The translations under genes and the position numbers were made by a program. A model generated the notes under the pieces. The model saw only the letters and a list, made by a program, of their open reading frames with translations. It was not told the DNA's origin and did no database searches. Positions 23,077 through 35,611 of a stretch of 43,735 nt of DNA are shown here, one piece after another. The DNA comes from Chiloscyllium plagiosum. Its lineage: Eukaryota. The stretch spans positions 36,388,390 through 36,432,124 of the forward strand of contig NC_057718.1 in assembly GCF_004010195.1 (NCBI RefSeq). The letters are read 5' to 3'. Numbering within the stretch: the first letter of the stretch is position 1; each line of letters starts with the position of its first letter.

Positions 23077-24743
23077 ATGGACATGGAAAAGGACCTGGAA
23101 GATATAGAATGTAGGGAAATAGATGGTGACATCTTGAAAAATGTCCATATCACAGAGGAGGAAGTGCTGGATGTCTTGAAATGCATAAAAGTGGATAAAT
23201 CCCCAGGACCTGATCAGGTGTACCCTAGAACTATGTGGAAAGCTAGGGAAGTGATTGCTGGGCCCCTTGCTAAGATATTTGTATCATTGATAGCCACAGG
23301 TGCCAGAAGACTGGAGGTTGACTAACATGGTGCCACTATTTAAGAAAGGTGGAAAGGAAAAGCCAGGGCACTATAGACCAGTGAGCCTGACGTCGGTGGT
23401 GGGCAAGTTGTTGGAGGAAATCCTGAGGGACAGGATGTACATGTATTTGGAAAGGCGTGGACTGATTAGGGATGGTTAACATGGTTTTGTGCATGGGAAA
23501 TCATGTCTCATAAACTTGATTGATTTTTTTGAAGAAGTAACAAAGAGGATTGATAAGGGCAGAGCAGTAGATGTGATCTATATGGATTTCAGTAAGGTGT
23601 TTGACAAGGTTCCCCATGGGAGACTGGTTAGCAAGGTTAGATCTCATGGAATATAGGGAGAACTAGCCATTTGGATACAGAACTGGCTCAAAGGTAGAAG
23701 ACAGAGGATGATGGTGGAGGGTTGTTTTTTAGATTTGAAGCCTGTGACCAGTGGAGTGCCAAAGGATCAGTGCTGGGTCTACTAATTTTCATCATTTATA
23801 TAAAGTATTTGGATGTGAGCATAAGAGATATGGTTACTAAGTTTGCAGATGACACCAAAATTGGAAATATAGTGGACAGTGAAGAAGGTTACCTCAGATT
23901 ACAATGTGATCTTGATCAGATGGGCCAATGGACTTGGGAATGGTAGGTGTTTAATTTAGACAAATGCAAGGTGTTGCATTTTGGGAAAGCAAATCTTAGC
24001 AGGACTTATACACTTAATGATAAGGTCCTAGGGAGTGTTGCTGAACAAAGAGACCTTGGAGTGCAGATTCATAGCTCCTTGAAAGTGGACTCACAGGTAG
24101 ACAGAATAGTGAAGAAGATGTTTGGTATGCTTTCCTTTATTGGTCAGAGTATTGAGTGCAGGAGTTGGGAGGTCATGTTGCAGCTGACCTCCCAACATGA
24201 GGTTCCACTGTTGGAATATTGTGTGCATTTCTGGTCTCCTTCCTATCGGAAGGAAGTTGTGAAACTTGAAAGGGTTCAGAAAAGACTTACAAGGATGTTG
24301 CCAGGGTTGGAGGATTTGAGCTATAGGGAGAGGCTGAACAGACTGGGGCTGTTTTCTTGTACCGTCAGAGGCTGAGGGGTGACCTTATAGAGGGGCATGG
24401 ATAGGGTAAATAGACAAGGTCTTTTCTCTTGGGTGAGGGAGTCCAGAACTAGAGGGCATAGGGTGAGAGAGGAAAGATATAAAAGAGACCTAAGGGGCAA
24501 CTTTTTCACGTAGAGGGTGGTGTGTGTGTGGAATGGACAGCCAAGGGAAGTGGTAGAGCCTAGCACAATTGTAACATTTAAAAGGCATCTGAATGGGTAT
24601 ATGAACAGGAAGGATTTGGAGGGATATGGGCCTGGTGCTGGTAGATGGGACTAGATTGGGTTGGGATATCTGGTTAGCATGGACAAGTTGGACCGAAGTG
24701 TCTGTTTCCATGCTGTACATCTCGGTGACTCTATGGCTCTATG
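23077..24743 (+). mobile_element. 5'-truncated CR1 (HER1-like) LINE, same subfamily as 14784-18525
   Basis: 'VDKSPGPDQVYPR','KFADDTK','LEYCVHFWSP'; tail 'gactctatggctctatga'. Confidence 0.95.
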
Positions 24744-25005
24744 ACAAGGACACCAGTTGCATGGGAGCACTCAACCTCCAAGTTCCCCTTAAAGCTACGC
24801 ACAATTCTGATCTGGAACTATATTACCATTCACTCCCTGTAACTGGGTCAAAATCCTGGAATTCCCTTCCTAATGGTACTGTGGGTGTCCCTCCACCAGA
24901 AGGACTGCAATGGTTCAAGAGGCAGCTCACTACTGCCTTCTTCAAGGCAATTTAGTATAGGCAATAAATTCTAGCAATGCCCACATCCCATTAATGAATA
25001 AAATA
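24744..25005 (+). mobile_element. Old LINE 3' end (continues ~23020-23076; host of the CR1 insertion)
   Basis: 'TGSKSWNSLPN..GLQWFK' then 'ggcaataaat..gcccacatccca..tgaataaa' tail. Confidence 0.75.
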
Positions 25006-26280
25006 ATAAAGAAATAGCTGATGCTTAACCTTTCAAATCATAATATTTTTGATGCATTTGGCTTCATGCAGCTACTAACGGTGGTTTCAAAATGATCTGC
25101 AATCTCATAAAATGGCAACATAAAATCTTGGATGGTAAGTATTTTGTATTAACATTTTAAATGGACAAATGTATAATCAGGAATGGGACAAGAAATAAGT
25201 GTAAAATATTTTACCAAATACATTTCAGACATTAATTATAATCTATGATCTCAATGTCATTTCTTTTGTACACAATGCTTCACAATGAAAAGATGGCAGT
25301 TTGTGAAAAAAAGGTTACTGGCTTTAATAAGTATTCATGAAACAACTACGACTATCTTTCTGAGATTGTTTCTCACAAGCAAATCTGAATCAATCACAGA
25401 TAAAAGCCACCAACAGATCAAGGGAAAGTAACCCTCACTAATGCTGGATCATTTTGGTTTATGTTCCCCAAGCCTCTTACAAAGCTACAAAAACAGCTTG
25501 TGTTTTCAGTCCCTCCTGCACAAGGCTAAATTTTCACTGGGTTGGACTGAGCTGCCACAGAGGCAGATGCACTTCAGTGTGGTATAGGTAAAGGCATGGA
25601 GAATTCTATATGTAGAGACAGATGCAGCTAGAGAGCAGGGTTGTCCAACTACTTCATAAAGTGGCCACATTTACGTTTCTTTCTCTTGGTTGTGGTGGTG
25701 ATTATGCTGGTGATCAAACTTCAAAAAGATAAGATTTGCCACAATAATCATGCATCTCTGAAAAAAGTTCCAAAGCAATAACTTATGATTTGAATTAATT
25801 AAAAAAGGACCATTTTAAAAAATGCCAAGTGAAAGAGTCAACTAATAAACCCTTACTTTGGCCTTTTAGTTAAGAAACAAAGTTAGGGTGAGAAAATGTC
25901 TAGGCCTCAGGTCATCATCACCCAAAAAAAGTGTTGGGACTAGAGCCAAGTATAAGAGTCGTTTTAATCTAGATAATGTGGATATGGTTTTCGTGTGATT
26001 GGTGGGATGGGGGAGAAAGAAGAAGAGAGGAAAGGTGATTCCCACTCACTCACCCACCATTGCCCCAGCCAAACTCTCACTAATGCATCCAACACCCCAC
26101 TGCAGTCACTCACTCAATTACCTCTTCCCTGCAGTCTCTCACTCACTCACCCCCATAGACAGTCATTTACTCCCCATGTCACTCACTCATCCTTCCCCCA
26201 GTCATTCACCCAAACCCTTCATTTAGCCAAAAGCCTCCTTTTCCCTGCTGAAAGCCTGGCAGATTTTCACCCCCATGTTA

Positions 26281-26428
26281 TTAGTGACAGTGGGCCAATT
26301 CTCACCCCCTACCCCCTCAGTGATGGTGGGCCAATTCTCATCCCCTACCCCTTCAGTGACGCTGGCCAATTCTCACCCCTACCTGTCAGTGATGGTGGCC
26401 CAATTCTCACCCCTACCTCTCAGTGACT
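26281..26428. repeat. Minisatellite, ~34-36-bp unit, 4 copies plus partial
   Basis: Unit ~tcagtgatggtgggccaattctcaccccctacccc; preceded by a CACT-rich tract at ~26040-26215. Confidence 0.9.
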
Positions 26429-26569
26429 CTTTCATTGGCAAACTTCAAAAAACAAGAAAACACATTGTTCTTTCAGTTATAATAATTAAATCCATTTTTG
26501 CTACAGTTGTTATACAGGTCTGTCCTACAGTAATAAGTTAATAAGCACCATATAAGTGCTGAACTATAT

Positions 26570-26755
26570 AATAGGTTAAGCATTACCAGACCACAGGACT
26601 GCCCTCTCATTACAGAGTGATGTCTGGTGGTTGTTTAAACCTGAGGGTCACCGCACTTCAGGTAAGGGGAGAGGTTCAGAAAGAGATTCTATGGGAATTC
26701 AACCCACACTCTTGGTGTCACTCTAAATTACAAGCCTGCAAACTGAGCTAACTAA
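26570..26755 (-). mobile_element. tRNA-derived SINE family B
   Basis: Minus head 'gttagctcagtt..gacaccaagagtgtgggttgaattccc'; homologous + copy at ~32010-32185. Confidence 0.6.
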
Positions 26756-28519
26756 TTTCAAAACTATATATTGTACTTTGCAGAATGGAAAAACTAACTT
26801 ATGCATTCATTGATTGTTAGACATTATTTTGTTATGTGCATTTCAAAGACATCCTGAGGTTAGTTCATGGTGAATGTGTGAATGGCTCTGGAGGAAACCC
26901 AGGGACATAGATAGGATTCGGCAAATATGACAGGGAATGGAGAGTGTGAGGACATGTGGAAGGGACATGAGATGGCATGAGAGTGTATGGAGTGGGAATG
27001 GGGGTAGGATGGTCTTGGATTATGAAGGCACAACGAGCGCATGTGTGATGGGTGAACCTGAGATTTTGATGGTTGACATTCATTATTATTGGTGGTCTAA
27101 TGTCCCAAAAGTGAAAGTGAATGTTCCAATCTGCAAACATCACCATCCATCGCTGCTTCAGACTTGCGTCTGACCCACTCTTCCTCTGCTTCCCTGAATC
27201 AGATGTATGGTGGGTGGTGGCCTTTTTAAAGGAGACAGGGATTTTGAGTTGGTGAGCTTCCTGTCTCAATCTTCCCAAACTGTCCACAAAAATCCAACTC
27301 AATCTATGGAAAGATGCAGTCATATCCAAGTCTTAACCTAAAGTCTTTTCTCCAGATGGGTCTTAACAAGTGTAATGACATGAACAAGTCAGAAAGCCAC
27401 ACTGTTATATTCAAAGGCCAGGCATGGTGGACCACATACGATTGTTACCACTGAGAGACAGGACAGAAACTGAAAACTAGAAATAAGAGGCAACTGAAAT
27501 TTATCTTATACACAAAATCTTAACTGATTCAATATCCAAACTAAGGTTGTAGAATTGTTTTCTTTGATTATATTTATACATTAATTTTAGACTATTTATG
27601 AATCACCTTTACCCTATCATTAAAAAACCCTTTTGTTCATTCAGTATCTTGTAGATGTTAATGTATTAGAACTGAATTGAGTATTAGTGTATCACAGAAA
27701 TGTAATAAAAGCCTGAGAAACTTCTTTATAAGTGTATTTTTATGTGACCAGTTTATATAATTGTTGGTGGAGTTTCCCAACTTTACTCTAGAAGGCATCA
27801 GTAATGGTATTTATATGGAAGTTTTTAAATTTTATTTTAATAGCATTGAGTTATTTTAATTGCATATTGTCTAAGGTGATGACTTGAACACATATGTCTA
27901 CAAGAAGCATCATAGTTTGCTGGTAAAAGTAGATAAGAGATTAATAGTACATGAATAATACTTCAATCACCATAAACTAATTACACACTCTAATTAGAGC
28001 AAACTGAAAGATCATTTTGTATGACTGTTGTAAACAGAGCAAATCACATTAGAAATAAGTTATTATGGAGTTTAGACGCATGGGGAAAGAATATTTTCAC
28101 CGTTCCTGTTCCATAGATAAGATCAATTTGTTTCAATGACGTACTCTGCAATTTTTCAACCATTGATATATTTCCTATTTCATTTATATCAAGTTTACCT
28201 TGCATTATTAAAAGGGTTTCAACACAATCTTTCTTTCAGCCAGGTAAGTGGGCTGACTTTTCATTGAGGTCAGGATCAAAGCTGGATAGGTACAAAGGTA
28301 TTGGTGCAGTCAGTTTGCTGTTTTCCTGACCCATTCTCAGAGCCAGCCAAAACAGTTTCAGGACCAGCAGGCCTCCATACCTCTACAAGTTGTGGGCACA
28401 ACTGAATTCATTAAACCTTGTTAATGGCACTCAAAAAAAGCCCAAATGGGATTTTAAAAAATAGGCCTCCAGATTTCCTCTCTTTTTCCCTCGGCTTCTG
28501 CCCTGGGCAACACCTGATT

Positions 28520-28988
28520 CTAGAACTACATTTAAAAGGCATCTGGATGGGTCCATGAAAAGGAAGGATTTAGAGGGATATGGACCCAAATGCTGGCAAA
28601 TGGGACTCGATCAGTTTAGGCTATCTGGTAGGCAGGGATGAGTTGGACCAAAGGATCTGATTTCATGCTGTGTAACTCTACGATTTCATAACTTAGGGTC
28701 AAAGCTTAAATATAAGGGGCTACCCATTATATACTAAGCTGAGGATTTTGTTTATATAGGATTGTGAGTCTTTAGAATATCCCTCCCTCAAACGTCAGCG
28801 GATGCAGAACATTTAAATGGTTTTTAAGGCAGAGATAGAAAAGTTATTGATTACCGAGGGGATGAAAGATTATCAGGGATGTGCAGGAATGTAGAATTGA
28901 GGTTAAATCAGATCAGTTATGAACTTATTGAATAACAGAGCAGGTTTGAAGCGCAAGTCTTGTTTCTTGATCATATATATGTTTGTAT
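28520..28988 (+). mobile_element. Two adjacent CR1 3' fragments (HER1-like 28520-28686; older family 28690-28988)
   Basis: First matches 24575-24740; second has 'tcagatcag..ttattgaa..gagcagg' CR1 3' UTR. Confidence 0.75.
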
Positions 28989-31192
28989 AATGGTGCAGAA
29001 TATAAATTTTCAGTTTGCCCTCTCTCTTTAGACTGTCTTGTTTTTCCCTCAAAAACACATTTCATGAAAACTGTTCTAGCTATATTGTCAATCAGCACCT
29101 CAACCACATAATTTCTTCTCTGTCAAAGGTCTGATTATTGACATGGCTAGTGCTGAACATTTCTCTGTCTCCATAACACTTTGTATTTCCCTATCCTCCT
29201 CTAATCCCACTATTCCCACCATTCATCAATTGTTTGCACTCCCTCAATTTTCTTACCTGCACCACCTCTTGATCATTTGACCTTTGCCTTTAATGACTTA
29301 GATTCCTGCCCCTACCTCAATTAGGCAAAGCTGTCACTTCAGAATCATTCAGCAACTTCTCACTCATTAGGCTGGCATAGGAATAAAAACAGCTGTGTTG
29401 GAAAGTATTGAAAAGATTTATCTGACAAGGTGCAGTAGACTGCAGCATTCCTGCTCCAGGATTGCAAAGATTAATTCAGATTCTGAAGAGGAGCTGTGCT
29501 GTGCAACATCTAGCTCGGTCACTCTTTGATATCTGGAACATGCATTTATTGCAGTGAGTTTCAGACATTAATTAAGGTCAAAAATTATTTCAGAGAAAGG
29601 TCGAAAGGATTAATGTGATAATGAATTCATTTATGAAATGCTGCTCCTTAGCTTTCTTATTTATATGCAAATCATAGCTTCAGTATTTGACAGCAGAAAC
29701 CCAATAATGATTTGAACCCTAATATAAACATCATCTGTACTTCATAATCACCATTAAATTTATGATTGACATTAATGTAGTCTTAGATTTAACTGTACAG
29801 GATGATTGTTTAACTGCATAAGTAAATCATGAACTTAATAGTTTATTAAATTGCACCCGTATCATTTGGCGCATTCAATACTCAATCAATATATCGTTTT
29901 CAAGAATCACAGTTTACATCATTAGAGAGCTGTGTTCATTAGCTCCTCAGCCTCATGCGAAATATATTATGCAAACAAATTACTTGATATTTTATTAGAA
30001 AATAAACTGATTTTGACTTTGCCAATTTGGAGTTTTCTTCAGAAAAGGTGGTAAAGTGTGCGTGCCAAATCTCAAATTTATTCTTTGCCAGTAAGGACAT
30101 AAATTTTCTTATAATGAATAGATTTCATTCATCACAGCAGTAGGGACACAGATCGATTTTTTTATTTAAACTATCAAAGATGAAATTATGCCTAATCTTC
30201 TCTCCCATTAACTGGAATGGCTGTATTCTCCATCCTAAATCATGCAAAATGCCACAACCTTATCCCTCCCAAGAAAATCGAGGAAATTAAAACACCTACA
30301 AAAGTTCACCATGTGGGCTTTCTTGTCTCTTTTGATTAACTTAAGTTAAGATGGAACAAAATCCTGACAAATTTATTGATTTTGGAATAACGGTTCTGCA
30401 TTGAAGAAGATTAATATTTTGGACTGAGTCAATTGAATAACAAATGTGAGGTAAGTAAACAAGAGATAATACAAAATATGAGAGGCAATATGAATAACTA
30501 ATCTAATCATGCTACCCTTTGTAAATTGTCTCTGTGGAGAAGACTTTTGTTTTGGATAGAAATGCATTATCGTACTGATGTGCATCCTGACTTGCCGTAG
30601 ATAAGGTCCTCCACCATGAGGCACTGACTGGGTGTGTCCACCTTACAAACAATTTTAACAAAATTACAGTGCAGACCAGACTGTCGTCCTGAGAGCTCGT
30701 AACATGGTAGCAGAGTGACACTGAGATGGAGTGCTGAAGAGCTGTACAGAAGCATATCCACTGACAGAGGGACACGTGAATGTTCAGAGCTGTAAAGATA
30801 CTGAAAAGGAACAAAGAAGCAAGTGACAGGTCTTGTGTAATGCTAATAGACATTCCAGGACCAAAGTACAGAACAATCACAGATAAAAGGATGGGGATGG
30901 AAGTACTACACAGGACTTCACACAAAACCTTTATGATCGCAGCTGATATTACGGCTGAACAAGTCAGATCCCAAAATGAAATCTGAGCTGATGATCATAC
31001 TTGGTTTATTTTTAATGTTGTGGCACATCAGAGTGCAGACTTTTTTTAAACAATAAAACAGAAGTTTATGACACAAAGAAACAAAATTCAAAATAAACTA
31101 AGCCAAACTATTTAAATAGAATACTGTTTGCAAGATTTAAAAAAAAATAGCAAAACACAATCCTGTGTAACCACCAACACCATTCCTTTACA

Positions 31193-31430
31193 AAAACTAA
31201 AGGACCACTGATGCTGGAAATCTGAAACAAAAATGGAAATATCTGGAGAAACTCAGCAGGTCTGGCAACATCTGTGAAGAGAAAACACAATTAATGATTC
31301 GAGTCCAGTGACCCATCTTCCAAATTTAGTCCTGAAAAAGGGTCAGTGGACCTAAAACGTTAATTCTGTTCTATCTCCAGATGTGGCAGGACCTGCTGAA
31401 TTCCTCCAGTTATTTCTATTTTGGTTTCAC
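31193..31430. mobile_element. Older palindromic Penelope-derived element
   Basis: Arms 'ctggagaaactcagcaggtctggcaacatctg' / 'cagatgtggcaggacctgctgaattcctccag'; degenerate hammerhead 'ctgaaaaagggtc..gacctaaaacgtt'. Confidence 0.75.
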
Positions 31431-31459
31431 CATCTCTTCACATTTATTTAAAAAATGAA

Positions 31460-31990
31460 TCTGGGTGGTGAGTGGCTTGTAGGGAACCTTACCGGTCGTG
31501 ATGTTTCCATGGTTCTGCTGCTTCTAGATGGTAGTGATTGTGGGTTTGGAAGGTATACTCGAAGGAATTATGGTGAATTCCTTCACTGCACCTTATAGAT
31601 GGTACACATTGTTGCTGCTGAGCATCAGTGGTGCAGGGACTGGGTGTGGTATCAATCAAAAGGCTGGGCAATTTTCCACAGGGATGTGTAGATATCAGTT
31701 TTGTAACTGTATTGGAACACACTGTGCCTCACATTGCCCAGTCTTGTCCATTTATCATGCTGGTAGTGCCACACAATACGATAGGGTGTATCCTCAATGT
31801 GAAGACAGGACTTTATCTCCACACCAACAGTGTGGGTGACATTCCAGTGGTTACTGTCATGGGCAGATGAATTGTGGATGGACAGATTGGTGAAAATGAA
31901 GTCAAGGATGACTCTTTTGGTTCCCTCAGGACCTGCTGTTGACCCAGTCTAACAGCTGTGCCCTTAGTACTCAACCAGTCCTGTTAGACC
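31460..31990 (-). mobile_element. Old LINE fragment(s), family of 9588-9842
   Basis: 31500-31640 is reverse-homologous to 9620-9750 and 23030-23076. Confidence 0.55.
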
Positions 31991-32009
31991 TGATAGGGCC
32001 AATGAATTT

Positions 32010-32185
32010 GATTGTTTGGTCAGCTGGTTTATGAGAGACACCAACAACATGGGCTCAATTCCCCAAGTGACTCAGGTTACCATGAAGGTCTCACCTTCTC
32101 AATCCTACCCTGAGCCACTCACCACTAGCTGCCTTTTTCTGGTGAGAGAACAGTGTGATGGGACTATGGCATGTTCACCTTTTTA
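32010..32185 (+). mobile_element. tRNA-derived SINE family B
   Basis: 'gacaccaacaacatgggctcaattccc..ccttctcaa' matches the reverse complement of 26570-26755. Confidence 0.55.
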
Positions 32186-32189
32186 AATA

Positions 32190-33830
32190 ATCCTGTTAGA
32201 ATCCTAGAGTTTCTATGAGATCCCCATTCTTCTAAACTTCAATGATTATACATATCTTTCTGCTATAATGTGTGTTTTGTTAACACAAATCTGCTGTAAC
32301 ATGATTGATGAATTGGGGACACTGTTGCTAAAGCATGAATTTTTAAAGCATGTATTGGTTATAATGTGATTCCAACCCCATTAGTTTAAATGGTGCTGCT
32401 GTTACACAATTTTCTTATAACACGGGATTGCATGAGAACAGAACTACCGCTTTATAGCAGAACCGACTGTAGTCTTAACCGATCTAGTATCTCTTCATGC
32501 ATTAGTCCTGCCAACCTAGGAATCTATCTGGTAAATCTTCCATAGCTAGACCATTCTTCCTCAGATAAATGGACCAAAACTGTAAACTATAGTCTTGGTC
32601 TCACCAAGATCGTGTAGAATTGCAGCAAGGCATCCCTGCTCCTGTCCTCGAATCCTCTCACTATGAAAGCTAATGTATCATTTGTCTCCTTCACTGCCTC
32701 CTGTAGCTGGTTGCTTACTTTCAGCAACTGATGTACAAGGACACCCAGGTTTTGTTTTACAACTTCCCATTTCCCAATCTTTTGCCATTCAGATAATAAT
32801 CTGCTTCCCTGTTTTTGCCACCAAAGTGGGTAATCTCACGTTTATCCACATTGTACTTTGTCTGCTCTGCATTTACCCACTTGTTCAAATCACATCGAAT
32901 CATCTCTGCATCCTCTTCACAACTCACCTTCCCAATGAGCTTCGTGGTGCTTGGAGACATTACATTTAGTTCTCTCATCTAAGTTACTAAAAACTTTTGT
33001 GAAGAGCTGGGTCCATGCACTGATCCTCGCAATACCCCACTAGTCACTGCCTGCCATTCAGAAAAAGTCCCAGTTATTCCTACCGTTTATTTCCTGTCTG
33101 CCAACCAATTTTCTAACCATGTCAGTACACTACCCCTAAATCAATATGCTTTAATCTTACATGCTAGTCTCTTATGTGGGACTTTAACAATAACCTCTGA
33201 AAGTCCAAGTAAACCACATCCACTAGCTCCCCCTCTACTAGTTACATCCCCAAAAAATGTAAATAAGTTTATTAAACATGATTTGCTTTTATAAATCTAT
33301 GCTGACTCAGTCTGATCTTGTTATATTTTCCAAAGGCTCTGCAATTAAATCTGTTCAAATGGACTCTAGCATTTTCCCAACTATTGATGTCAGGCTAGTC
33401 TATATTTCCCTATTTTTTTCTACCTCCTGTTTTAAATAGTGTAGTTATGTTAATTACCCTCCAATCCATAGGAACTGATCCAGAATCCATAGCATCTTGA
33501 AAATTACCACCAATGCACTATTATCTCTAGTGCCACTTCCTGATATACTCTGGGTTGTAGCTAAATCCCTGTAGATTTATCAACCTTTTAATTCCATCAA
33601 TTTTCCCAACCTAATGCTCATTTCCTTCATTACTTTCACTAGAGCCTGTGTTCTCTCCGTTTTCCATTATACCTTACCCTATTTCTGACTGTCAGGGACT
33701 GACATTTGTCTTCACTAATCTTTTTCTTTGCATTTACCTGTAGAAACCTTTACGATCAGTTTGTTTGTTCCCCATAAGCTTACTTCCATATTCCATTATC
33801 CCTCTCTTAATTCCATTACGTTTCACCTTC
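32190..33830 (-). mobile_element. Old CR1 LINE RT region
   Basis: 'TKLIGKVSCEEDA..DL..W..KYNVDKREITHFGGKN'. Confidence 0.8.
32251..32469. mobile_element. Tc1/mariner-superfamily (pogo/Tigger-like) MITE
   Basis: TIRs catatctttctgctataa / ttatagcagaaccgactg, flanked by TA on both sides; nested in CR1. Confidence 0.75.
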
Positions 33831-34691
33831 ATTTCTTTTGTGAAGTAAATTTCTGACTGATTGTTAAAACTAAATCTGCAACATTGTGTGTTTATGTTTC
33901 AGTGAAAGACTACCTTGTTACAGCTGAGAAAAGAAACCAAAAGATGATCTATCAAGTCTGACTTGTCCAGTAATAGCATCAGCTGAGATAAAGCTGCTCT
34001 TCCTGAACCAGTCATTTCTTTCCATTAGATGGTAATAGAAATGAATTCGAAACTAAACATTTTTTCCTGTTCAGTTGAAGGTTCTTAATAATAGTGATCA
34101 TTAACTTGGGTTGGAGAAATGATCAGATTGAATTTCTTGGAAATTACAATTTCTATCAAATAGATAATGACAAATTTAAAAATTAATTCATGCAGGATTT
34201 AATTGTCTCTTTTTTTTAAACTGACGATTTCTATTGAAAAAGTTGAATGATATTTCTAACAGTCATTTTCAAGGTTATAATTTAAAGGATGTAAAGTCAA
34301 ATGCTGCAATATGCAGCAAAGCAAAAAGCCCCAGCTTATCTTCCCAGCTTAATTCTGGTCCTTTTGCCTCCCAATTCTTCATCCCAGGATCGGTAACTAT
34401 TCAATCACTGAGTTCAAGCTTCGCTCCATCATTGGCAGAGGGTATGTACCATTTTAGAATATACTCAGTATGTACCAGACTATGAGGAAACAACTAGAAA
34501 GAGAAGTCAACTTCTCCAGCTTTTGAAATTGATTGAGCAAAATAAAGAGCCCAGAATCTTCTGCGGAGCACCAAAACAACTTGTTACCTTTATTATCAGA
34601 TCATTTACAGGGTCAAACCAAATGCAGCTCCACTGTTTAGGAAGTTCTGCAATATCCTTTTACAACATTGTAAGAACACCTATGATGCACA

Positions 34692-35008
34692 TTAAGACCA
34701 TAAGAAATAGGATCAGGATTCGACCATATGGCCCATCAAACCTGATCCATCGTTCAGTATGATCGCAGTTGATTCGCAGCCACAACTCCACTTTCCTGCC
34801 TGCTCCAAATATCCTTTGATTTGCTGAGAGACCAAAAATCCTTCTTTTTTAAGAGATAAATGCATTCAACAAAGTTGCTTCACAAACCATCTGCAGTAGA
34901 GAATTCCAAACGTTTGCAATCCTTTGAGTGAAGAAACTTTTCCTCATCAGTTCCAAATAGGCAGCCCTTTATCCTGAGGGGGTACCCTCACGTTTTGGAT
35001 TCTCCTGC
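34692..35008 (-). mobile_element. CR1 LINE 3' end (older family)
   Basis: Tail 'taagaccataagaaatagga..ggcccatc'; 'FFTQRIANVWNSL' on minus strand. Confidence 0.75.
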
Positions 35009-35611
35009 GAGGGGAATCGATGGCTGGGATCTTCAGCTCTGTCTTGGGGCAAACGTGGAGGAAGAAAAGGCATTCCATAGGTGGGTGGTCTCATGCCTGA
35101 ACCTTACTGTCTTCCCAACTCAACCAAGCTCTGGGTTCGGAGAGTTCATTGCTAACTTTTCTGTCCTGCCCTGTAATGACCCTTTAACAGCCTTCGTTCA
35201 GCCACCACTGACATTAATCCAACAGGAGGCCAGCCATCACCATTCAATGTACACAGTGATTGAAATTTAATTGCCCATGTCACCTGTCAGGTTGGGTGAT
35301 GGGTGTGGTGGAGGTAGGGAGAGGAGTCTCTCGACAAAGGGCAACCAGTGCCTGAATAAGGAAGCAGATATCAGGAAGGGGGTTGTGAGGTGGGGAGGAT
35401 GTGGAGATGGTAATAATGGTGGCTGACCACTGTCTTCAAAGCTAAATCCGGTGAAAGCATGTCCTGCCAATAGTGGAACCTCTGGTGGGAATGAGATACA
35501 CAAGATATTAAAGTGAGAGGAATAGTTGGTACAGAAATGGGAAGAGTAATGTCAGGTCCAAGAGGCCAGTTTAAGAATTTTACAAACCTCTCCCAGCATT
35601 CAAGAGTTTTA

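Noticed and set aside
25635..25680. hAT-like terminus 'cagggttgtccaac'
   Set aside because: No matching second TIR or 8-bp TSD found.
26281..26428. Regularly spaced ~35-bp repeats as a CRISPR array
   Set aside because: Head-to-tail units without unique spacers, no cas genes, vertebrate context.
35010..35600. GC-richer segment with short ORFs (similarly 26860-27450 and 28250-28510)
   Set aside because: Probably old transposon debris; I could not assign a family or protein motif.
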